Shown: positions 37,301 through 47,862 of the stretch, piece by piece | How positions within the stretch are numbered: the first letter of the stretch is position 1 | How the letters are laid out: every line of letters begins with the position of its first letter | Assembly: GCA_009786125.1 (NCBI GenBank) | Contig: WQTU01000136.1 | Coordinates: 88-64,087, forward strand | Direction of reading: 5' to 3' | From: Spirochaetota bacterium | GTDB taxonomy: Bacteria > Spirochaetota > Spirochaetia > CADAEX01 | Length of the DNA: 64,000 nt | The notes under the pieces: generated by a model | What the model saw: the letters and a program-made list of their open reading frames with translations, nothing else | Databases searched by the model: none | Told to the model about the DNA's origin: nothing | Made by a program: the position numbers and the translations under genes

Positions 37301-37329
37301 TTGCATAAAAAACTAATTTTGTATATGAT
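37301..37329 (+). promoter_or_regulatory. Candidate sigma70 promoter TTGCAT-17-TATGAT for tuf/S10 operon
   Basis: Good hexamers with 17-nt spacing. Followed by an 11-bp AT-rich hairpin (37341-37382) in a ~250-nt leader. Confidence 0.4.
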
Positions 37330-37587
37330 TTAACTTGTATTTTGGTTAAAATCAAAATACATATAATTTGGTTTTAACCAAACCAATCATTCTGAGAGAT
37401 TTAGCGTCCGAATGTTATATCTCGTTATAAGGGTGGTAAGGTGGTGAGACTTTTTATCTTTTAATTTTTTTAAAATTTCAAGATCAGAAAATCATCATTT
37501 TACCTCATGTTATATAAAGTATAGTTTTATGGGTGTTTCCATGCCTATACAGTTGTTTAAAATGAATGTATTTAAAAGGAGAAGCTG

Positions 37588-38772
37588 ATGGCTAAAGAAA
37601 AGTTTGAACGGACTAAGCCGCACATTAATGTTGGTACTATTGGACATGTTGACCACGGAAAGACAACACTTACCGCTGCTCTTTCGATGTATTGTGCAAA
37701 GAAGCAGGGCGGAAAAGTTATGAAGTATGAGGATATTGATAATGCACCGGAAGAAAAAGCACGTGGTATAACAATTAACACAAGGCATGTTGAGTATGAA
37801 ACAGAAAACAGGCACTATGCGCATGTAGACTGTCCTGGGCACGCTGACTATATAAAGAACATGATTACAGGCGCTGCTCAGATGGATGGGGCAGTAATTC
37901 TTGTTGCCGGAGACTCAGGTCCCGAGCCGCAGACAAGAGAGCATATTCTTCTTGCAAAACAGGTAGGGGTTCCAAAGCTTGTTGTTTTTCTTAACAAGAT
38001 GGATATCGCAGATCCGGAACTTGTTGAGCTTGTAGAAGTGGAAGTGCAGGAACTTCTTGAATCTTATGGTTTTGATTCCAAATGTCCTATTATTAAAGGA
38101 TCTGCTTTTAAAGCTTTGTCAAACCCAGATGATCCGGAAGCTACGAAATGTATTCAGGAACTTCTTGATGCAATGGATACTTATTTTCCAATTCCGGAAA
38201 GAGCAATTGATAAGCCATTTCTTATGCCTGTAGAAGATGTTTTCTCTATTCAGGGCAGAGGTACTGTAGTAACAGGAAGAGTTGAAAAAGGTGTTGTGAA
38301 AGTAGGTGAAGAAATCGAAATTGTAGGTATCAGGGATACAAAAAAGACAACTTGTACGGGCGTTGAGATGTTTAACAAGATACTCGACCAGGGGCAGGCA
38401 GGCGATAATATAGGCGCTCTTCTTAGAGGTATTGATAAAAACGATGTTGAAAGAGGGCAAGTTCTTGCCAAGCCGGGTTCGATAAAGCCGCACAAAAAAT
38501 TCAAAGGCACTATTTATTGTCTTACAAAAGAAGAGGGCGGAAGGCATAATCCATTCTTTACAGGATACAGGCCCCAGTTCTATTTCAGAACTACAGACGT
38601 TACAGGGTCGGTAACGCTTCCTGCTGATAAGCAGATGGTTATGCCTGGCGATAACACAGAGCTTGATGTTGAGCTTATCAATCCAATTGCTATGGAAAAA
38701 GGATTAAGATTTGCTATTCGAGAAGGCGGAAGAACAGTTGCTTCAGGTCAAGTAATCGAGGTATTGGAATAA
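37588..38772 (+). CDS. tuf: Elongation factor Tu
   Basis: '[10 protein letters not shown]', 'DCPGHADY', 'NKMD'. 394 aa. Confidence 0.98.
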   Translation: MAKEKFERTKPHINVGTIGHVDHGKTTLTAALSMYCAKKQGGKVMKYEDIDNAPEEKARGITINTRHVEYETENRHYAHVDCPGHADYIKNMITGAAQMDGAVILVAGDSGPEPQTREHILLAKQVGVPKLVVFLNKMDIADPELVELVEVEVQELLESYGFDSKCPIIKGSAFKALSNPDDPEATKCIQELLDAMDTYFPIPERAIDKPFLMPVEDVFSIQGRGTVVTGRVEKGVVKVGEEIEIVGIRDTKKTTCTGVEMFNKILDQGQAGDNIGALLRGIDKNDVERGQVLAKPGSIKPHKKFKGTIYCLTKEEGGRHNPFFTGYRPQFYFRTTDVTGSVTLPADKQMVMPGDNTELDVELINPIAMEKGLRFAIREGGRTVASGQVIEVLE

Positions 38773-38783
38773 TTTGGAAAAGT

Positions 38784-38818
38784 CTCCTGTTTTTTATAAG
38801 CAGGGGGCTGATTTTTTT
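38784..38818 (+). terminator. Weak hairpin plus T-run after tuf (possible attenuating terminator)
   Basis: CTCCTG/CAGGGG stem with one G-U pair and an 11-nt loop, followed by GCTGATTTTTTT. Confidence 0.25.
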
Positions 38819-38829
38819 CAGGAGGAAAA

Positions 38830-39138
38830 ATGGCTGAAGAGCGAATTAGGGTTAGGCTTAGAGGATTTGATGTTGAGCTCATAGATCAAAGTGCTAAATC
38901 AATAGTTCAGACAGTTGTAAAGGCCGGATCAAAAGTAGCTGGTCCAATACCATTGCCTACAAAAATTAGCAAATATACAGTTTTGAAATCGCCATTTGTA
39001 AATAAAAAATCAAGAGAACAGTTTGAGATGAGAACGCATAAGCGGCTGATTGATATACTGGAACCAACATCAGCGGTAATGGATGCGTTAATGAAGCTGG
39101 AACTTCCGGCTGGTGTTGATGTTGAAATAAAACAGTAA
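38830..39138 (+). CDS. rpsJ: 30S ribosomal protein S10
   Basis: '[14 protein letters not shown]' and '[12 protein letters not shown]'. Confidence 0.97.
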   Translation: MAEERIRVRLRGFDVELIDQSAKSIVQTVVKAGSKVAGPIPLPTKISKYTVLKSPFVNKKSREQFEMRTHKRLIDILEPTSAVMDALMKLELPAGVDVEIKQ

Positions 39139-39153
39139 GTTTTGGGGTGGAAA

Positions 39154-39771
39154 ATGATTGGGGTGATTGCTGAGAAAATTGGAATGACTCAGATTTTTGA
39201 TGATAAAGGTGTGCTTACGCCTGTAACTGTTATAAAAATAGATGAAAATCTTGTGGTAGAGCAGAGAACACCCGAAAAAAATGGTTATAGTTCTGTTGTC
39301 CTCGGTTATGGTGAAGTTAAAAAAAGCAGATTAACAAAGTCGGTGTTAGGGCAATTTGAAGAAGGATTCGATCCTAAAAAGCATCTGAAGGAAATGAGAG
39401 ACTTTGAAGTTGAATGTAAGGCTGGTGACAAAATAGGTGTTGAGATATTTAAAGATGCTGATACTGTAGATGTTACTGGAATGTCAAAAGGCAAGGGTTT
39501 TCAGGGTGTAATGAAGCGTCATAACTTTGGCGGCGGAAGAGCATCGCATGGTTCTAAATTTCACAGAGAGTCGGGCTCGACCGGACAAAACACATATCCC
39601 GGCAAGACATTTAAAAACAAAAAGATGCCAGGCAGAATGGGGCACGAGAAAGTAACGATTCAGAATCTTAAAGTTGTAAAAGTAGATGTTGAAAATAAAG
39701 TTTTATTAGTAGCTGGTGCGGTGCCTGGTGTTAATAAAAGTATTGTAATGGTGCGGAAAAGTATAAAATAG
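39154..39771 (+). CDS. rplC: 50S ribosomal protein L3
   Basis: Start moved to ATG 39154 ('[15 protein letters not shown]', the canonical L3 start). The ORF track used TTG 39142. Confidence 0.95.
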   Translation: MIGVIAEKIGMTQIFDDKGVLTPVTVIKIDENLVVEQRTPEKNGYSSVVLGYGEVKKSRLTKSVLGQFEEGFDPKKHLKEMRDFEVECKAGDKIGVEIFKDADTVDVTGMSKGKGFQGVMKRHNFGGGRASHGSKFHRESGSTGQNTYPGKTFKNKKMPGRMGHEKVTIQNLKVVKVDVENKVLLVAGAVPGVNKSIVMVRKSIK

Positions 39772-39784
39772 GCAGAGGAATAAA

Positions 39785-40429
39785 ATGGAAGCTAAGGTCT
39801 TTTCGATAAAAGGCGAAGAGATAAAAACAATTAATCTTGATGACGCAGTTTTTAATTGTGAAGTGAGTGAAGGTACGATATATTACGCAATCAATAATGA
39901 GCTTGCAAATATGAGAGTCGGAACTGCTTCGACAAAAGGCAGGGCAGAGGTTAGGGGCAGCGGTGCAAAGCCGTGGTCGCAGAAAGGTATGGGTCGTGCA
40001 AGAGCAGGGCATAGAAGAAGCCCTATCTGGGTTCATGGCGGTGTAGTGTTTGGACCAAAGCCAAGGGATTACAGCTATAAAATGCCAAAAACCATGAAGC
40101 AAAGTGCTATGAAATCTGTATTAAGCCTTAAAAATAAAAATAACAGCTTAAAAGTTGTTGAAGATTTTACTATTGAAAGCGGGAAAACTAAAGATATTGT
40201 TTCAATTTTAAAAAATCTTGTTAAAGACGAAAGAACAGTTCTTATTCTTAAAGATAATGACAATATAATTAAAAGAGCAGGAAGAAATATTCCGTGGCTC
40301 TCTTTTCTTTCCTATAACAGGTTGCGCGCTCATGATTTGTTTTATGGGAAAAATATTTTACTTATGGAATCAGCAGCTCTTAAGCTTAATGATTTTTATG
40401 GTAAGAAACAGCAGGGGGCAGCGGAATGA
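39785..40429 (+). CDS. rplD: 50S ribosomal protein L4
   Basis: 'RGSGAKPWSQKGMGRARAG..RSPIWVHGGVVFGPKPR'. Confidence 0.97.
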   Translation: MEAKVFSIKGEEIKTINLDDAVFNCEVSEGTIYYAINNELANMRVGTASTKGRAEVRGSGAKPWSQKGMGRARAGHRRSPIWVHGGVVFGPKPRDYSYKMPKTMKQSAMKSVLSLKNKNNSLKVVEDFTIESGKTKDIVSILKNLVKDERTVLILKDNDNIIKRAGRNIPWLSFLSYNRLRAHDLFYGKNILLMESAALKLNDFYGKKQQGAAE

Positions 40430-40728
40430 AATTAGAAAGTATTCTTATTGAACCTGTTGTTACGGAAAAAACAAATGCAATGAAAGAAGATAAACGCATT
40501 AAATATGCTTTCAGAGTTATGCCGGAAGCAAATAAGTTTCAGGTTATGGATGCAGTAAGAAAACTATTTAATGTAAAACCAGTGTCATGCAATATTGCAT
40601 GGGTAAAAAGTAAAAAGAAAACTTCAAGAACAAAGTCCGGATTTAGAGAAGGTGAAAGAGCTGGTTGGAAAAAAGCGATTGTAACTCTCTCCCCCGGTGA
40701 AAAAATAGATATTTTTGAAGGTGTTTGA
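40426..40728 (+). CDS. rplW: 50S ribosomal protein L23
   Basis: '[11 protein letters not shown]' start and operon position. Confidence 0.95.
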   Translation: MKLESILIEPVVTEKTNAMKEDKRIKYAFRVMPEANKFQVMDAVRKLFNVKPVSCNIAWVKSKKKTSRTKSGFREGERAGWKKAIVTLSPGEKIDIFEGV

Positions 40729-40745
40729 GTAGGGGGCTTTTAAAA

Positions 40746-41570
40746 GTGGGCATTAAGAAGTATAAACCCAGCACGCCGGGTTTGCGAACAAAGACAACAC
40801 TTACTAAAGATGAAATAACATCTGAAAAACCAGAAAAAGGTCTTGCGAAAGGGCTTTCCTCCAAGGCTGGGCGCGGTGCAAGCGGAAGAATAAGTGTAAG
40901 AAGAAGAGGCGGCGGTCATAAAAGAAAATATAGATTTATTGATTTTAAAAGAGATAAATTAAATGTGCCCGGAAAAGTAGCGCAAATTGAATATGATCCA
41001 AACAGAAGCGCTAACATTGCGTTAATTTATTATGTTGACGGAGAAAAAAGATATATCCTTGCTCCCAAAGGACTTAATGTTGGAGATACAATTCAAAGCG
41101 GAGATTCTTCGCCAATAAAGCCGGGAAATGCTCTGCCTTTAGAAAAAATACCTCTAGGTATTGAGATTCATAATGTTGAGCTTCAGCTTGGAAGAGGCGG
41201 GCAGTTGGTAAGATCCGCAGGGACAAGCGCAATGCTTGTTGCCAAAGAGGGCGATTATGTTACGATAAAATTTCCATCCGGCGAAGTGAGAATGGTTTTC
41301 CGCAAATGTTGTGCGACAGTAGGCGCTGTGGGTAATGAGGATCACATGAATGTTTCAATTGGAAAAGCAGGAAGGTCAAGATGGCTTGGAAAAAGGCCTA
41401 AAGTTAGAGGTGTTGTAATGAATCCGATTGATCATCCTCATGGTGGCGGCGAAGGAAGAACTTCCGGCGGACGGCATCCGGTTACTCCTTGGGGTACGCC
41501 AACTAAAGGTTATAAAACAAGAAGTAAAAGAAAGCTATCCAGTAAATATATAGTAAAAAGGCGAAAGTAG
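40746..41570 (+). CDS. rplB: 50S ribosomal protein L2
   Basis: Start set at GTG 40746 ('[14 protein letters not shown]'), with AGGGGG ~9 nt upstream. '[10 protein letters not shown]' motif. Confidence 0.95.
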   Translation: MGIKKYKPSTPGLRTKTTLTKDEITSEKPEKGLAKGLSSKAGRGASGRISVRRRGGGHKRKYRFIDFKRDKLNVPGKVAQIEYDPNRSANIALIYYVDGEKRYILAPKGLNVGDTIQSGDSSPIKPGNALPLEKIPLGIEIHNVELQLGRGGQLVRSAGTSAMLVAKEGDYVTIKFPSGEVRMVFRKCCATVGAVGNEDHMNVSIGKAGRSRWLGKRPKVRGVVMNPIDHPHGGGEGRTSGGRHPVTPWGTPTKGYKTRSKRKLSSKYIVKRRK

Positions 41571-41579
41571 GAGATAAAT

Positions 41580-41861
41580 GTGTCTAGATCAGTAAAAAAA
41601 GGACCTTTCATAGAAAAAAGACTTTATAAAAGAGTTGTTGAAATGGCAAAAGCTGGAGACAGGAAGATGATTAAATCTTACTCCAGGTGTTCAACAGTTA
41701 TACCTGAAATGGTTGGTTTTACAATATCTGTATATAACGGAAAAACATGGATTCCTGTTTATATTACAGAAAATTTGGTTGGACATAAGTTGGGCGAATT
41801 TGCACCTACTAGGTTTTACAGAGGTCATTCAGCTTCTGATAAAAAAGCTAAAAAAGGTTGA
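41580..41861 (+). CDS. rpsS: 30S ribosomal protein S19
   Basis: GTG start. 'SRSVKKGPF' and '[25 protein letters not shown]'. Confidence 0.97.
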   Translation: MSRSVKKGPFIEKRLYKRVVEMAKAGDRKMIKSYSRCSTVIPEMVGFTISVYNGKTWIPVYITENLVGHKLGEFAPTRFYRGHSASDKKAKKG

Positions 41862-41888
41862 TTTTGATTAAGGAGATAGGTGTTTAAT

Positions 41889-42272
41889 ATGGGAGCTAAA
41901 AAAGGATATAAAGCTATAGCTAAATATCTTATGGTTTCACCAAGAAAAGTAAGACCTGTTGCAGATGTAGTAAGAAATATTCAGTATACAGAGGCTCTTG
42001 CAAGGCTTGATGCAATACCAAATAAGGGAGCAAGAATTCTTAAAAAAGTTATTCAATCTGCGGCAGCAAATGCTCTTTTTCAAAACAAAAAACTTGATGA
42101 AGAGATGCTTTATATAAAAGAACTTCAGGTTAGCGATGGGCCAAGGCTTAGAAGACTTTGGGCCAGGGCTCGCGGAAAAAGAGACATTCTCTTAAAAAGA
42201 ATGAGTCATATATCTGTTGTTGTAGATGAAATAGCAGAGATGGGGGAGAAGAAAGTTGGGACAAAAAGTTAA
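41889..42272 (+). CDS. rplV: 50S ribosomal protein L22
   Basis: ATG 41889 is preferred over GTG 41880, which is only 4 nt from AGGAG. 'AKYLMVSPRKVRPVADVVR'. Confidence 0.93.
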   Translation: MGAKKGYKAIAKYLMVSPRKVRPVADVVRNIQYTEALARLDAIPNKGARILKKVIQSAAANALFQNKKLDEEMLYIKELQVSDGPRLRRLWARARGKRDILLKRMSHISVVVDEIAEMGEKKVGTKS

Positions 42273-42960
42273 TCCAATAGGTTTAAGGCTTGGCATAAAC
42301 AAAACCTGGAAGTCAAAATGGTATGTAGACCCCAGAGAATATGCCGCTACGCTTCATGAAGATCTTCGGCTTAGAAAGGTTTTAATAGAAATTCCTGAAA
42401 CCAAAAGTGCTGAAATCGCAAGTATTGAGATTGTAAGACAGCCGCAAAGAATAACAGTGGTAATCGAAAGTGCCAAACCTGGAATATTGATTGGAGCAAA
42501 AGGCGCCACTATAGAAAAAATCGGTGAAAAACTTCAGAAAGAAGCCGGTAAGAAAATACAGCTTAAGATAAAAGAGCTAAAAAAATCTGAAACAAATGCG
42601 CAGATAATATCAGAGAATATTGCAAAGCAATTGAAATCAAAAGGGTCTTTTAGAAAAGTGCTTAAATCCGCAATTAACAATGCTATGAAAGGCGGAGCTC
42701 AGGGTATAAAGATAAGAATAGCAGGGCGCTTAGCTGGCGCAGAAATGGCAAGGGTACAGCAGTACAAAGAAGGTCGTGTTCCTCTTCATACTTTTAGAGC
42801 AAATATTGATTATGGTTTTTCTGAAGCATTTACAACTTTTGGTGCGATAGGAGTAAAGGTTTGGGTCTTTCATGGTGAAGTTTATAAAAAAGACATGAAA
42901 GAAGATGCCGGCGTACTGGTAAAAAAGAAAAAGACTAAAACCGGCGACAAGGAGTGGTAA
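42256..42960 (+). CDS. rpsC: 30S ribosomal protein S3
   Basis: TTG start. 'GQKVNPIGLRLG' and a KH domain. Confidence 0.97.
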   Translation: MGQKVNPIGLRLGINKTWKSKWYVDPREYAATLHEDLRLRKVLIEIPETKSAEIASIEIVRQPQRITVVIESAKPGILIGAKGATIEKIGEKLQKEAGKKIQLKIKELKKSETNAQIISENIAKQLKSKGSFRKVLKSAINNAMKGGAQGIKIRIAGRLAGAEMARVQQYKEGRVPLHTFRANIDYGFSEAFTTFGAIGVKVWVFHGEVYKKDMKEDAGVLVKKKKTKTGDKEW

Positions 42961-42963
42961 AAG

Positions 42964-43386
42964 ATGCTTAGTCCTAAAAGAACGAAATTCAGAAAAAAGA
43001 TGCGAAATGCCAGAGCTCTTACTATAGTAGCATCACAAAGAAATACAGTTGCATTTGGCGAATTCGGGCTTGTTGCGCTTGAACCAAAGTGGATTACAAA
43101 CAGACAAATTGAAGCAGCTAGAATAGCAATGACAAGAAAGATAAAAAGAGGCGGTAAGGTCTGGATTAGAATTTTTCCGGATATGCCATATACAAAAAAA
43201 CCTGCTGAAACAAGAATGGGAAAGGGAAAAGGAAATCCTGAGCACTGGGTTGCTGTTGTAAAGCCCGGTACCGTAATGTTTGAAATGGGCGGCATCCCAA
43301 AAGAACTTGCGTTTGAGGCAATGACGCTTGCAGGAAGCAAGCTTCCGATAAAGACAAGATTTGTTGCACGAAGGGACCTGGAGTAG
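42964..43386 (+). CDS. rplP: 50S ribosomal protein L16
   Basis: '[11 protein letters not shown]' and '[19 protein letters not shown]'. Confidence 0.97.
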   Translation: MLSPKRTKFRKKMRNARALTIVASQRNTVAFGEFGLVALEPKWITNRQIEAARIAMTRKIKRGGKVWIRIFPDMPYTKKPAETRMGKGKGNPEHWVAVVKPGTVMFEMGGIPKELAFEAMTLAGSKLPIKTRFVARRDLE

Positions 43387-43389
43387 TAT

Positions 43390-43590
43390 ATGAAAGATAA
43401 TTTTAAGGATTTAACATACGAAGAGCTTAAATCCAAATATAATGAGCTTACAAAAAAATATATGGATTTAAGGTTTAAATCAGTGCTTGGGCATATTGAA
43501 AATCCGCTGGAAAGAAGAAATGTAAGGCGAAAAATAGCGCGGCTTAAGACTTTAATTCATGAAAATGATCTTGGAATTAGAAAGGTTTAG
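43390..43590 (+). CDS. rpmC: 50S ribosomal protein L29
   Basis: 66 aa. 'ELKSKYNEL..LRFKSVLGHIENP'. Position after rplP. Confidence 0.93.
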   Translation: MKDNFKDLTYEELKSKYNELTKKYMDLRFKSVLGHIENPLERRNVRRKIARLKTLIHENDLGIRKV

Positions 43591-43599
43591 GAGATCAAA

Positions 43600-43872
43600 G
43601 TGGAAAATAGCCAGGAAAATAAGAAAATAAACAAGAAAATTTATAGCGGTATTGTTGTCAGCGATAAGATGGATAAAACAATTGTTGTAGCAATCGAACA
43701 AAGAAAGCTTCATAGGTTGTATAAAAAATATGTTATTAACACAAAAAAGGTTAAGGCTCATGATGAAAAAAATGAGGCGAAATCCGGAGATAAAGTGAAA
43801 GTAATCCAGTCTAGACCTATAAGTAAGGAAAAATGCTGGCAGCTTCTTGAAATAGTGGAAAAAGCTAAATAA
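43600..43872 (+). CDS. rpsQ: 30S ribosomal protein S17
   Basis: GTG start. '[31 protein letters not shown]'. Confidence 0.95.
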   Translation: MENSQENKKINKKIYSGIVVSDKMDKTIVVAIEQRKLHRLYKKYVINTKKVKAHDEKNEAKSGDKVKVIQSRPISKEKCWQLLEIVEKAK

Positions 43873-43917
43873 ATAGGCTGATGAAAATATGGTGAAGCTG
43901 GAAGGAGTTGGAAAGAT

Positions 43918-44286
43918 ATGATACAGATGCAAACATATCTTAATGTTGCAGATAATAGTGGTGCCAAGATTGTGCAGTGTATAAAAGTTCTTGGTGGAAG
44001 TAAAAAAAGAACTGCAAAAATCGGCGATATTATTGTGGTAGCAGTAAAAGATGCTATTCCAAATGCGCCTGTAAAAAAGGGCGATGTTCATAAAGCGGTT
44101 ATAGTTCGTACTATAAATAAGGTTAAAAGGTCTGACGGAACACATATAAGGTTCGATGATAATGCTTGTGTTATTCTTGATCAGGCCATGAATCCGAGAG
44201 GAAAAAGAATTTTTGGACCTGTTGCCAGAGAGCTCAGAGATACCAATTATATGAAGATTATTTCTCTTGCTCCGGAAGTTCTTTAA
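43918..44286 (+). CDS. rplN: 50S ribosomal protein L14
   Basis: '[17 protein letters not shown]'. Confidence 0.98.
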   Translation: MIQMQTYLNVADNSGAKIVQCIKVLGGSKKRTAKIGDIIVVAVKDAIPNAPVKKGDVHKAVIVRTINKVKRSDGTHIRFDDNACVILDQAMNPRGKRIFGPVARELRDTNYMKIISLAPEVL

Positions 44287-44297
44287 AGGATTTAGAT

Positions 44298-44615
44298 ATG
44301 GAAAAAGTTAAATATAAACTTAAAAAGAATGATCTTGTAAAAGTTGTTACGGGAAAAGAGAAAGGTAAAACCGGAACAATTGTTAAAGTTGACAGCAGCA
44401 AAGGCGGCGTTATTGTTTCCGGCATTAACATGGTTAAGAAATGCAAGAAGCCCAAAAAACGGGGTGAAAAGGGCGGAATAATTGAAATAGAAGCGTTAAT
44501 AAACATTTCGAATGTAATGATAATGTGTAAAAAATGCGGTCCTACGCGCGTCGGTATTGAGGTGTCCGGTAACAATAAAACCAGAAAATGTAAAAAATGC
44601 GGGGAAACACTGTAA
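44298..44615 (+). CDS. rplX: 50S ribosomal protein L24
   Basis: KOW motif '[15 protein letters not shown]'. C-terminal Cys pairs (CKKCG..CKKCG). Confidence 0.95.
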   Translation: MEKVKYKLKKNDLVKVVTGKEKGKTGTIVKVDSSKGGVIVSGINMVKKCKKPKKRGEKGGIIEIEALINISNVMIMCKKCGPTRVGIEVSGNNKTRKCKKCGETL

Positions 44616-45163
44616 TGAGTAAAAAACAACCAAATTTGAAAACCAAGTATGCTGGAATAAAAAAAGAGTTTTTTGACGAATTTGGATTTAAGTCAATAAT
44701 GCAGGTTCCCACTCTTGAAAAGGTAATTGTAAGCGTTGGTGTTGGTGAAGCTATTCAAAACAAAAAACTTCTTGAGGCAGCAGTTCAGGAACTTGCACTT
44801 ATTACAGGGCAGCGTCCAATAAAAACAAAGGCAAGAAAATCGATTGCAAACTTTAAGCTTAGAGAAGGTTATGAAATAGGCGCTAAAGTTACTTTGCGTC
44901 AGGATAGAATGTGGGAATTTTTGGACAGATTTATCAATGTGGCGTTACCTCGTGTAAAAGACTTCAGGGGCGTTAACCCCAATGCTTTTGACGGACATGG
45001 AAACTATTCTATCGGGATTAAGGAGCAGATAATTTTTCCAGAGATAGATTATGATAAAATAGAAAGAGTTAGCGGCTTAAATATTGCTATTATTACTACA
45101 ACAGATAGTGATAAAGAAGCAAGAAGTTTGCTTAAAAAACTCGGAATGCCGTTCCGGAAATAG
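44615..45163 (+). CDS. rplE: 50S ribosomal protein L5
   Basis: Start set at ATG 44615, overlapping the rplX stop by 1 nt. '[16 protein letters not shown]' and '[19 protein letters not shown]'. Confidence 0.95.
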   Translation: MSKKQPNLKTKYAGIKKEFFDEFGFKSIMQVPTLEKVIVSVGVGEAIQNKKLLEAAVQELALITGQRPIKTKARKSIANFKLREGYEIGAKVTLRQDRMWEFLDRFINVALPRVKDFRGVNPNAFDGHGNYSIGIKEQIIFPEIDYDKIERVSGLNIAIITTTDSDKEARSLLKKLGMPFRK

Positions 45164-45174
45164 GGGTGCAATAG

Positions 45175-45360
45175 ATGGCAAAGAAATCAATGATAATTAA
45201 AGCACAGCGGAAGCCTAAATTTAAAACCAGAAGGGTAAACCGATGTAAAGTTTGCGGAAGGCCCAGAGGTTATATGAGAGATTTTCAGATGTGTAGAATA
45301 TGTTTTAGAAAACTTGCAAGCCAGGGCTTAGTGCCTGGTGTAACAAAATCAAGCTGGTAG
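45175..45360 (+). CDS. rpsN: 30S ribosomal protein S14, type Z (zinc-binding)
   Basis: 61 aa. '[22 protein letters not shown]'. Confidence 0.97.
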   Translation: MAKKSMIIKAQRKPKFKTRRVNRCKVCGRPRGYMRDFQMCRICFRKLASQGLVPGVTKSSW

Positions 45361-45370
45361 GGAGAAGTAA

Positions 45371-45769
45371 ATGGCAGTATCAGATCCTGTTGCAGATATG
45401 CTTACAAAAATAAGAAATGCCAGTCGTGCAGGTTTTGACAGAGTTGATATAATTCCTTCAAAACTTAAGCTGGAAATCATTAAAGTTATGAAAAATGAGG
45501 GCTATATAAAGAACTTTAAGAAAATCCAGCAGGATGGCAAAAATTATATAAGGCTGTTTCTCAAATATGATGAAGCAGAGAAACCAATTATTCATGGTAT
45601 TGAAAAGATATCCACTCCTGGCAGGAGAATTTACTCAGGCTATAAAGAGATGCCCAGGGTTAGGAATGGATATGGTACAATAGTTGTTTCAACATCATCA
45701 GGTGTAACAACAGGTAAGAAAGCGGCTGAGAAGAAAATCGGCGGCGAGCTTATTTGTTCAATTTGGTAA
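45371..45769 (+). CDS. rpsH: 30S ribosomal protein S8
   Basis: '[14 protein letters not shown]'. Confidence 0.97.
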   Translation: MAVSDPVADMLTKIRNASRAGFDRVDIIPSKLKLEIIKVMKNEGYIKNFKKIQQDGKNYIRLFLKYDEAEKPIIHGIEKISTPGRRIYSGYKEMPRVRNGYGTIVVSTSSGVTTGKKAAEKKIGGELICSIW

Positions 45770-45780
45770 GGAGTTGTTTT

Positions 45781-46320
45781 ATGTCTCGTATAGGTAAATT
45801 ACCGATAGCTGTTCCAAAAGATGTTAAAGTAACTATTGATGGCGATAACATTATAGTTGAAGGGAAAAAAGGAAAACTAACAAGAAAATTCAGACCGGAA
45901 GTTTCTGTTACAAATGCAGACAACCTGATTCATGTTAAAGCTAATGAAGATACTAAAGAAGCAAGAGCTTATCATGGTCTTTACAGAACTCTTTTAAATA
46001 ACATGGTTAAGGGAGTTTCGGAAGGTTTTAAGAAAACGCTTGTTATAACCGGAGTAGGCTACAAAGCTGAAGTTGTTGGAAAATCACTTTTTCTTAACCT
46101 TGGATATTCTACGCAATTTGAATATCCGATTTTAGATGGGCTTACAATAGCTACAGAAGGTCCTACTAAACTTGTTGTTTCTGGCATTGATAAAGAAGTA
46201 GTTGGGCAGACTTGTGCCGAAATTAGATCATTCAGAAGACCTGAGCCTTACAAGGGTAAAGGTATAAAATATGAAAATGAAGTTGTGAAAAGAAAAGTTG
46301 GAAAGTCAGGTGCAAAATAG
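45781..46320 (+). CDS. rplF: 50S ribosomal protein L6
   Basis: Start set at ATG 45781 ('MSRIGKLPIAVP'). The ORF-track start 45754 overlaps rpsH. Confidence 0.95.
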   Translation: MSRIGKLPIAVPKDVKVTIDGDNIIVEGKKGKLTRKFRPEVSVTNADNLIHVKANEDTKEARAYHGLYRTLLNNMVKGVSEGFKKTLVITGVGYKAEVVGKSLFLNLGYSTQFEYPILDGLTIATEGPTKLVVSGIDKEVVGQTCAEIRSFRRPEPYKGKGIKYENEVVKRKVGKSGAK

Positions 46321-46331
46321 GATAGGATGAA

Positions 46332-46691
46332 ATGAAAAGACTAATTGAAATGGAAAAGCGAAGAACCCGAAGAAAAAAGGGTATTCGCGGAAAAATATCA
46401 GGAACTCTGGAAATACCAAGACTTACTGTGTATAAAAGTAATTTATATATTTATGCGCAGGCTATAGATGATGCTGGCGGTACTACAATAGTTGCGATTT
46501 CCAATAAAGAGGAAAAACTTTCGAGTATTAAGTCTAACATTGAAGGCGCTGGAAAACTTGGTGAAGAGATGGGAAAGAGGCTTAAAGAAAAAAATATTGA
46601 AAAAATAGTTTTCGACAGAAACGGTTATATTTTTCATGGAAAAGTAAAGGCTTTAGCCGATGGCATCAGAAAAGCAGGCCTGGTATTTTAG
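46332..46691 (+). CDS. rplR: 50S ribosomal protein L18
   Basis: 'PRLTVYKSNLYIYAQAIDD' and 'VFDRNGYIFHGKVKALADGIR'. Confidence 0.96.
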   Translation: MKRLIEMEKRRTRRKKGIRGKISGTLEIPRLTVYKSNLYIYAQAIDDAGGTTIVAISNKEEKLSSIKSNIEGAGKLGEEMGKRLKEKNIEKIVFDRNGYIFHGKVKALADGIRKAGLVF

Positions 46692-46700
46692 GGGGAAACA

Positions 46701-47195
46701 GTGGAGCATGATAAAGATAAAGGATTAGTTGAAAAATTAATTAAACTTAACAGGGTTGCTAAGGTTGTGAAAGGCGGAAGAAGATTTTCTTTTTCTGCTT
46801 TGGTTGTTGTTGGCGATCAGAATGGCTCTGTAGGATATGGTTTTGGCAAGGCTAATGATGTTTCTGAAGCAATTAGAAAGGGAATGGATAAAGCAAAGAA
46901 AAGTATGATCAAAGTTCCTGTTAAAAATAAAACAATTCCGCATGAAGTGCTTGCGAGATTCAAGAGCGCGAAAATTGTAATGAAGCCGGCTGCTCCTGGT
47001 ACCGGTGTTATTGCAGGCGGCGCTGTAAGAGCTGTTATGGATGCTGTTGGAATAAATGATATTCTTAGTAAGTCACTTGGCTCTAAAAACAGTATAAATA
47101 TTGTAAAGGCAGTTTTCGATGGATTTGGTGAATTAATGGATGCTAAAAAAGTGTCAATCGATAGAGGCAAACCAATAAACGAGATGTGGGGATAA
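46701..47195 (+). CDS. rpsE: 30S ribosomal protein S5
   Basis: GTG start. '[24 protein letters not shown]'. Confidence 0.96.
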   Translation: MEHDKDKGLVEKLIKLNRVAKVVKGGRRFSFSALVVVGDQNGSVGYGFGKANDVSEAIRKGMDKAKKSMIKVPVKNKTIPHEVLARFKSAKIVMKPAAPGTGVIAGGAVRAVMDAVGINDILSKSLGSKNSINIVKAVFDGFGELMDAKKVSIDRGKPINEMWG

Positions 47196-47200
47196 TGGTA

Positions 47201-47386
47201 ATGGCTGGAAGAATAAAAATTAAACTTGTGAGAAGCACTATAGGCAAGAAACCTTATCAGAGAAGAACTGTAAAAGCTCTGGGTCTTGGTAAAATTAACT
47301 CTTCGGTAGAAAAGGAAGCTAATCCGGCAATACTTGGAATGGTTAAAGCCGTAGAGCATCTTGTCGTTGTTGAGGAGATAAAATAA
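47201..47386 (+). CDS. rpmD: 50S ribosomal protein L30
   Basis: '[29 protein letters not shown]'. ATG 47201 is preferred. ATG 47195 and 47186 are in-frame alternatives. Confidence 0.9.
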   Translation: MAGRIKIKLVRSTIGKKPYQRRTVKALGLGKINSSVEKEANPAILGMVKAVEHLVVVEEIK

Positions 47387-47388
47387 AT

Positions 47389-47856
47389 ATGAGTGAGCTT
47401 GTACTTAATGCGCCAGTTGGTGCAAACAGAAGCCGAAAAAGACTTGGAAGAGGCAGCGGCTCAGGACTGGGTAAAACATCCGGAAAAGGACATAAGGGGC
47501 AGAATGCAAGATCCGGCGGCGGAGTAAAACCTGGATTTGAAGGCGGGCAGATGCCTTTATATAGAAGACTTGCTGCCAGAGGTTTTTCAAACTACCCTTT
47601 TAAGAAAATAAATAGAATAATTAATATAGCTGATATTGAAACAGCTTATAATAATGGCGAAAAAGTGAATATGGAAACATTGCTTGAGAAAGCGCTTATA
47701 AGAAAAAGCGACAAAAATGTAAAACTTTTAGGAAATGGAGAACTTACGAAAAAGCTCGATGTTTATCTTAAAAGTATTTCTGCCAGTGCAAAGGAGAAAA
47801 TAGAGAAAGCTGGCGGCAGTATAGTACCTATAAATGAAGCCAATGGGGACAGGTAA
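47389..47856 (+). CDS. rplO: 50S ribosomal protein L15
   Basis: 'RKRLGRGSGSGLGKTSGKGHKGQ'. Confidence 0.97.
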   Translation: MSELVLNAPVGANRSRKRLGRGSGSGLGKTSGKGHKGQNARSGGGVKPGFEGGQMPLYRRLAARGFSNYPFKKINRIINIADIETAYNNGEKVNMETLLEKALIRKSDKNVKLLGNGELTKKLDVYLKSISASAKEKIEKAGGSIVPINEANGDR

Positions 47857-47862
47857 TCGGAT

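Noticed and set aside
36899-37306. 135-aa minus-strand ORF after rpsG
   Set aside because: It runs antisense through the tandem GC-rich repeats and overlaps the rpsG 3' end. There is no family resemblance, and Cys/Arg/Pro-rich repeat-derived translation dominates.
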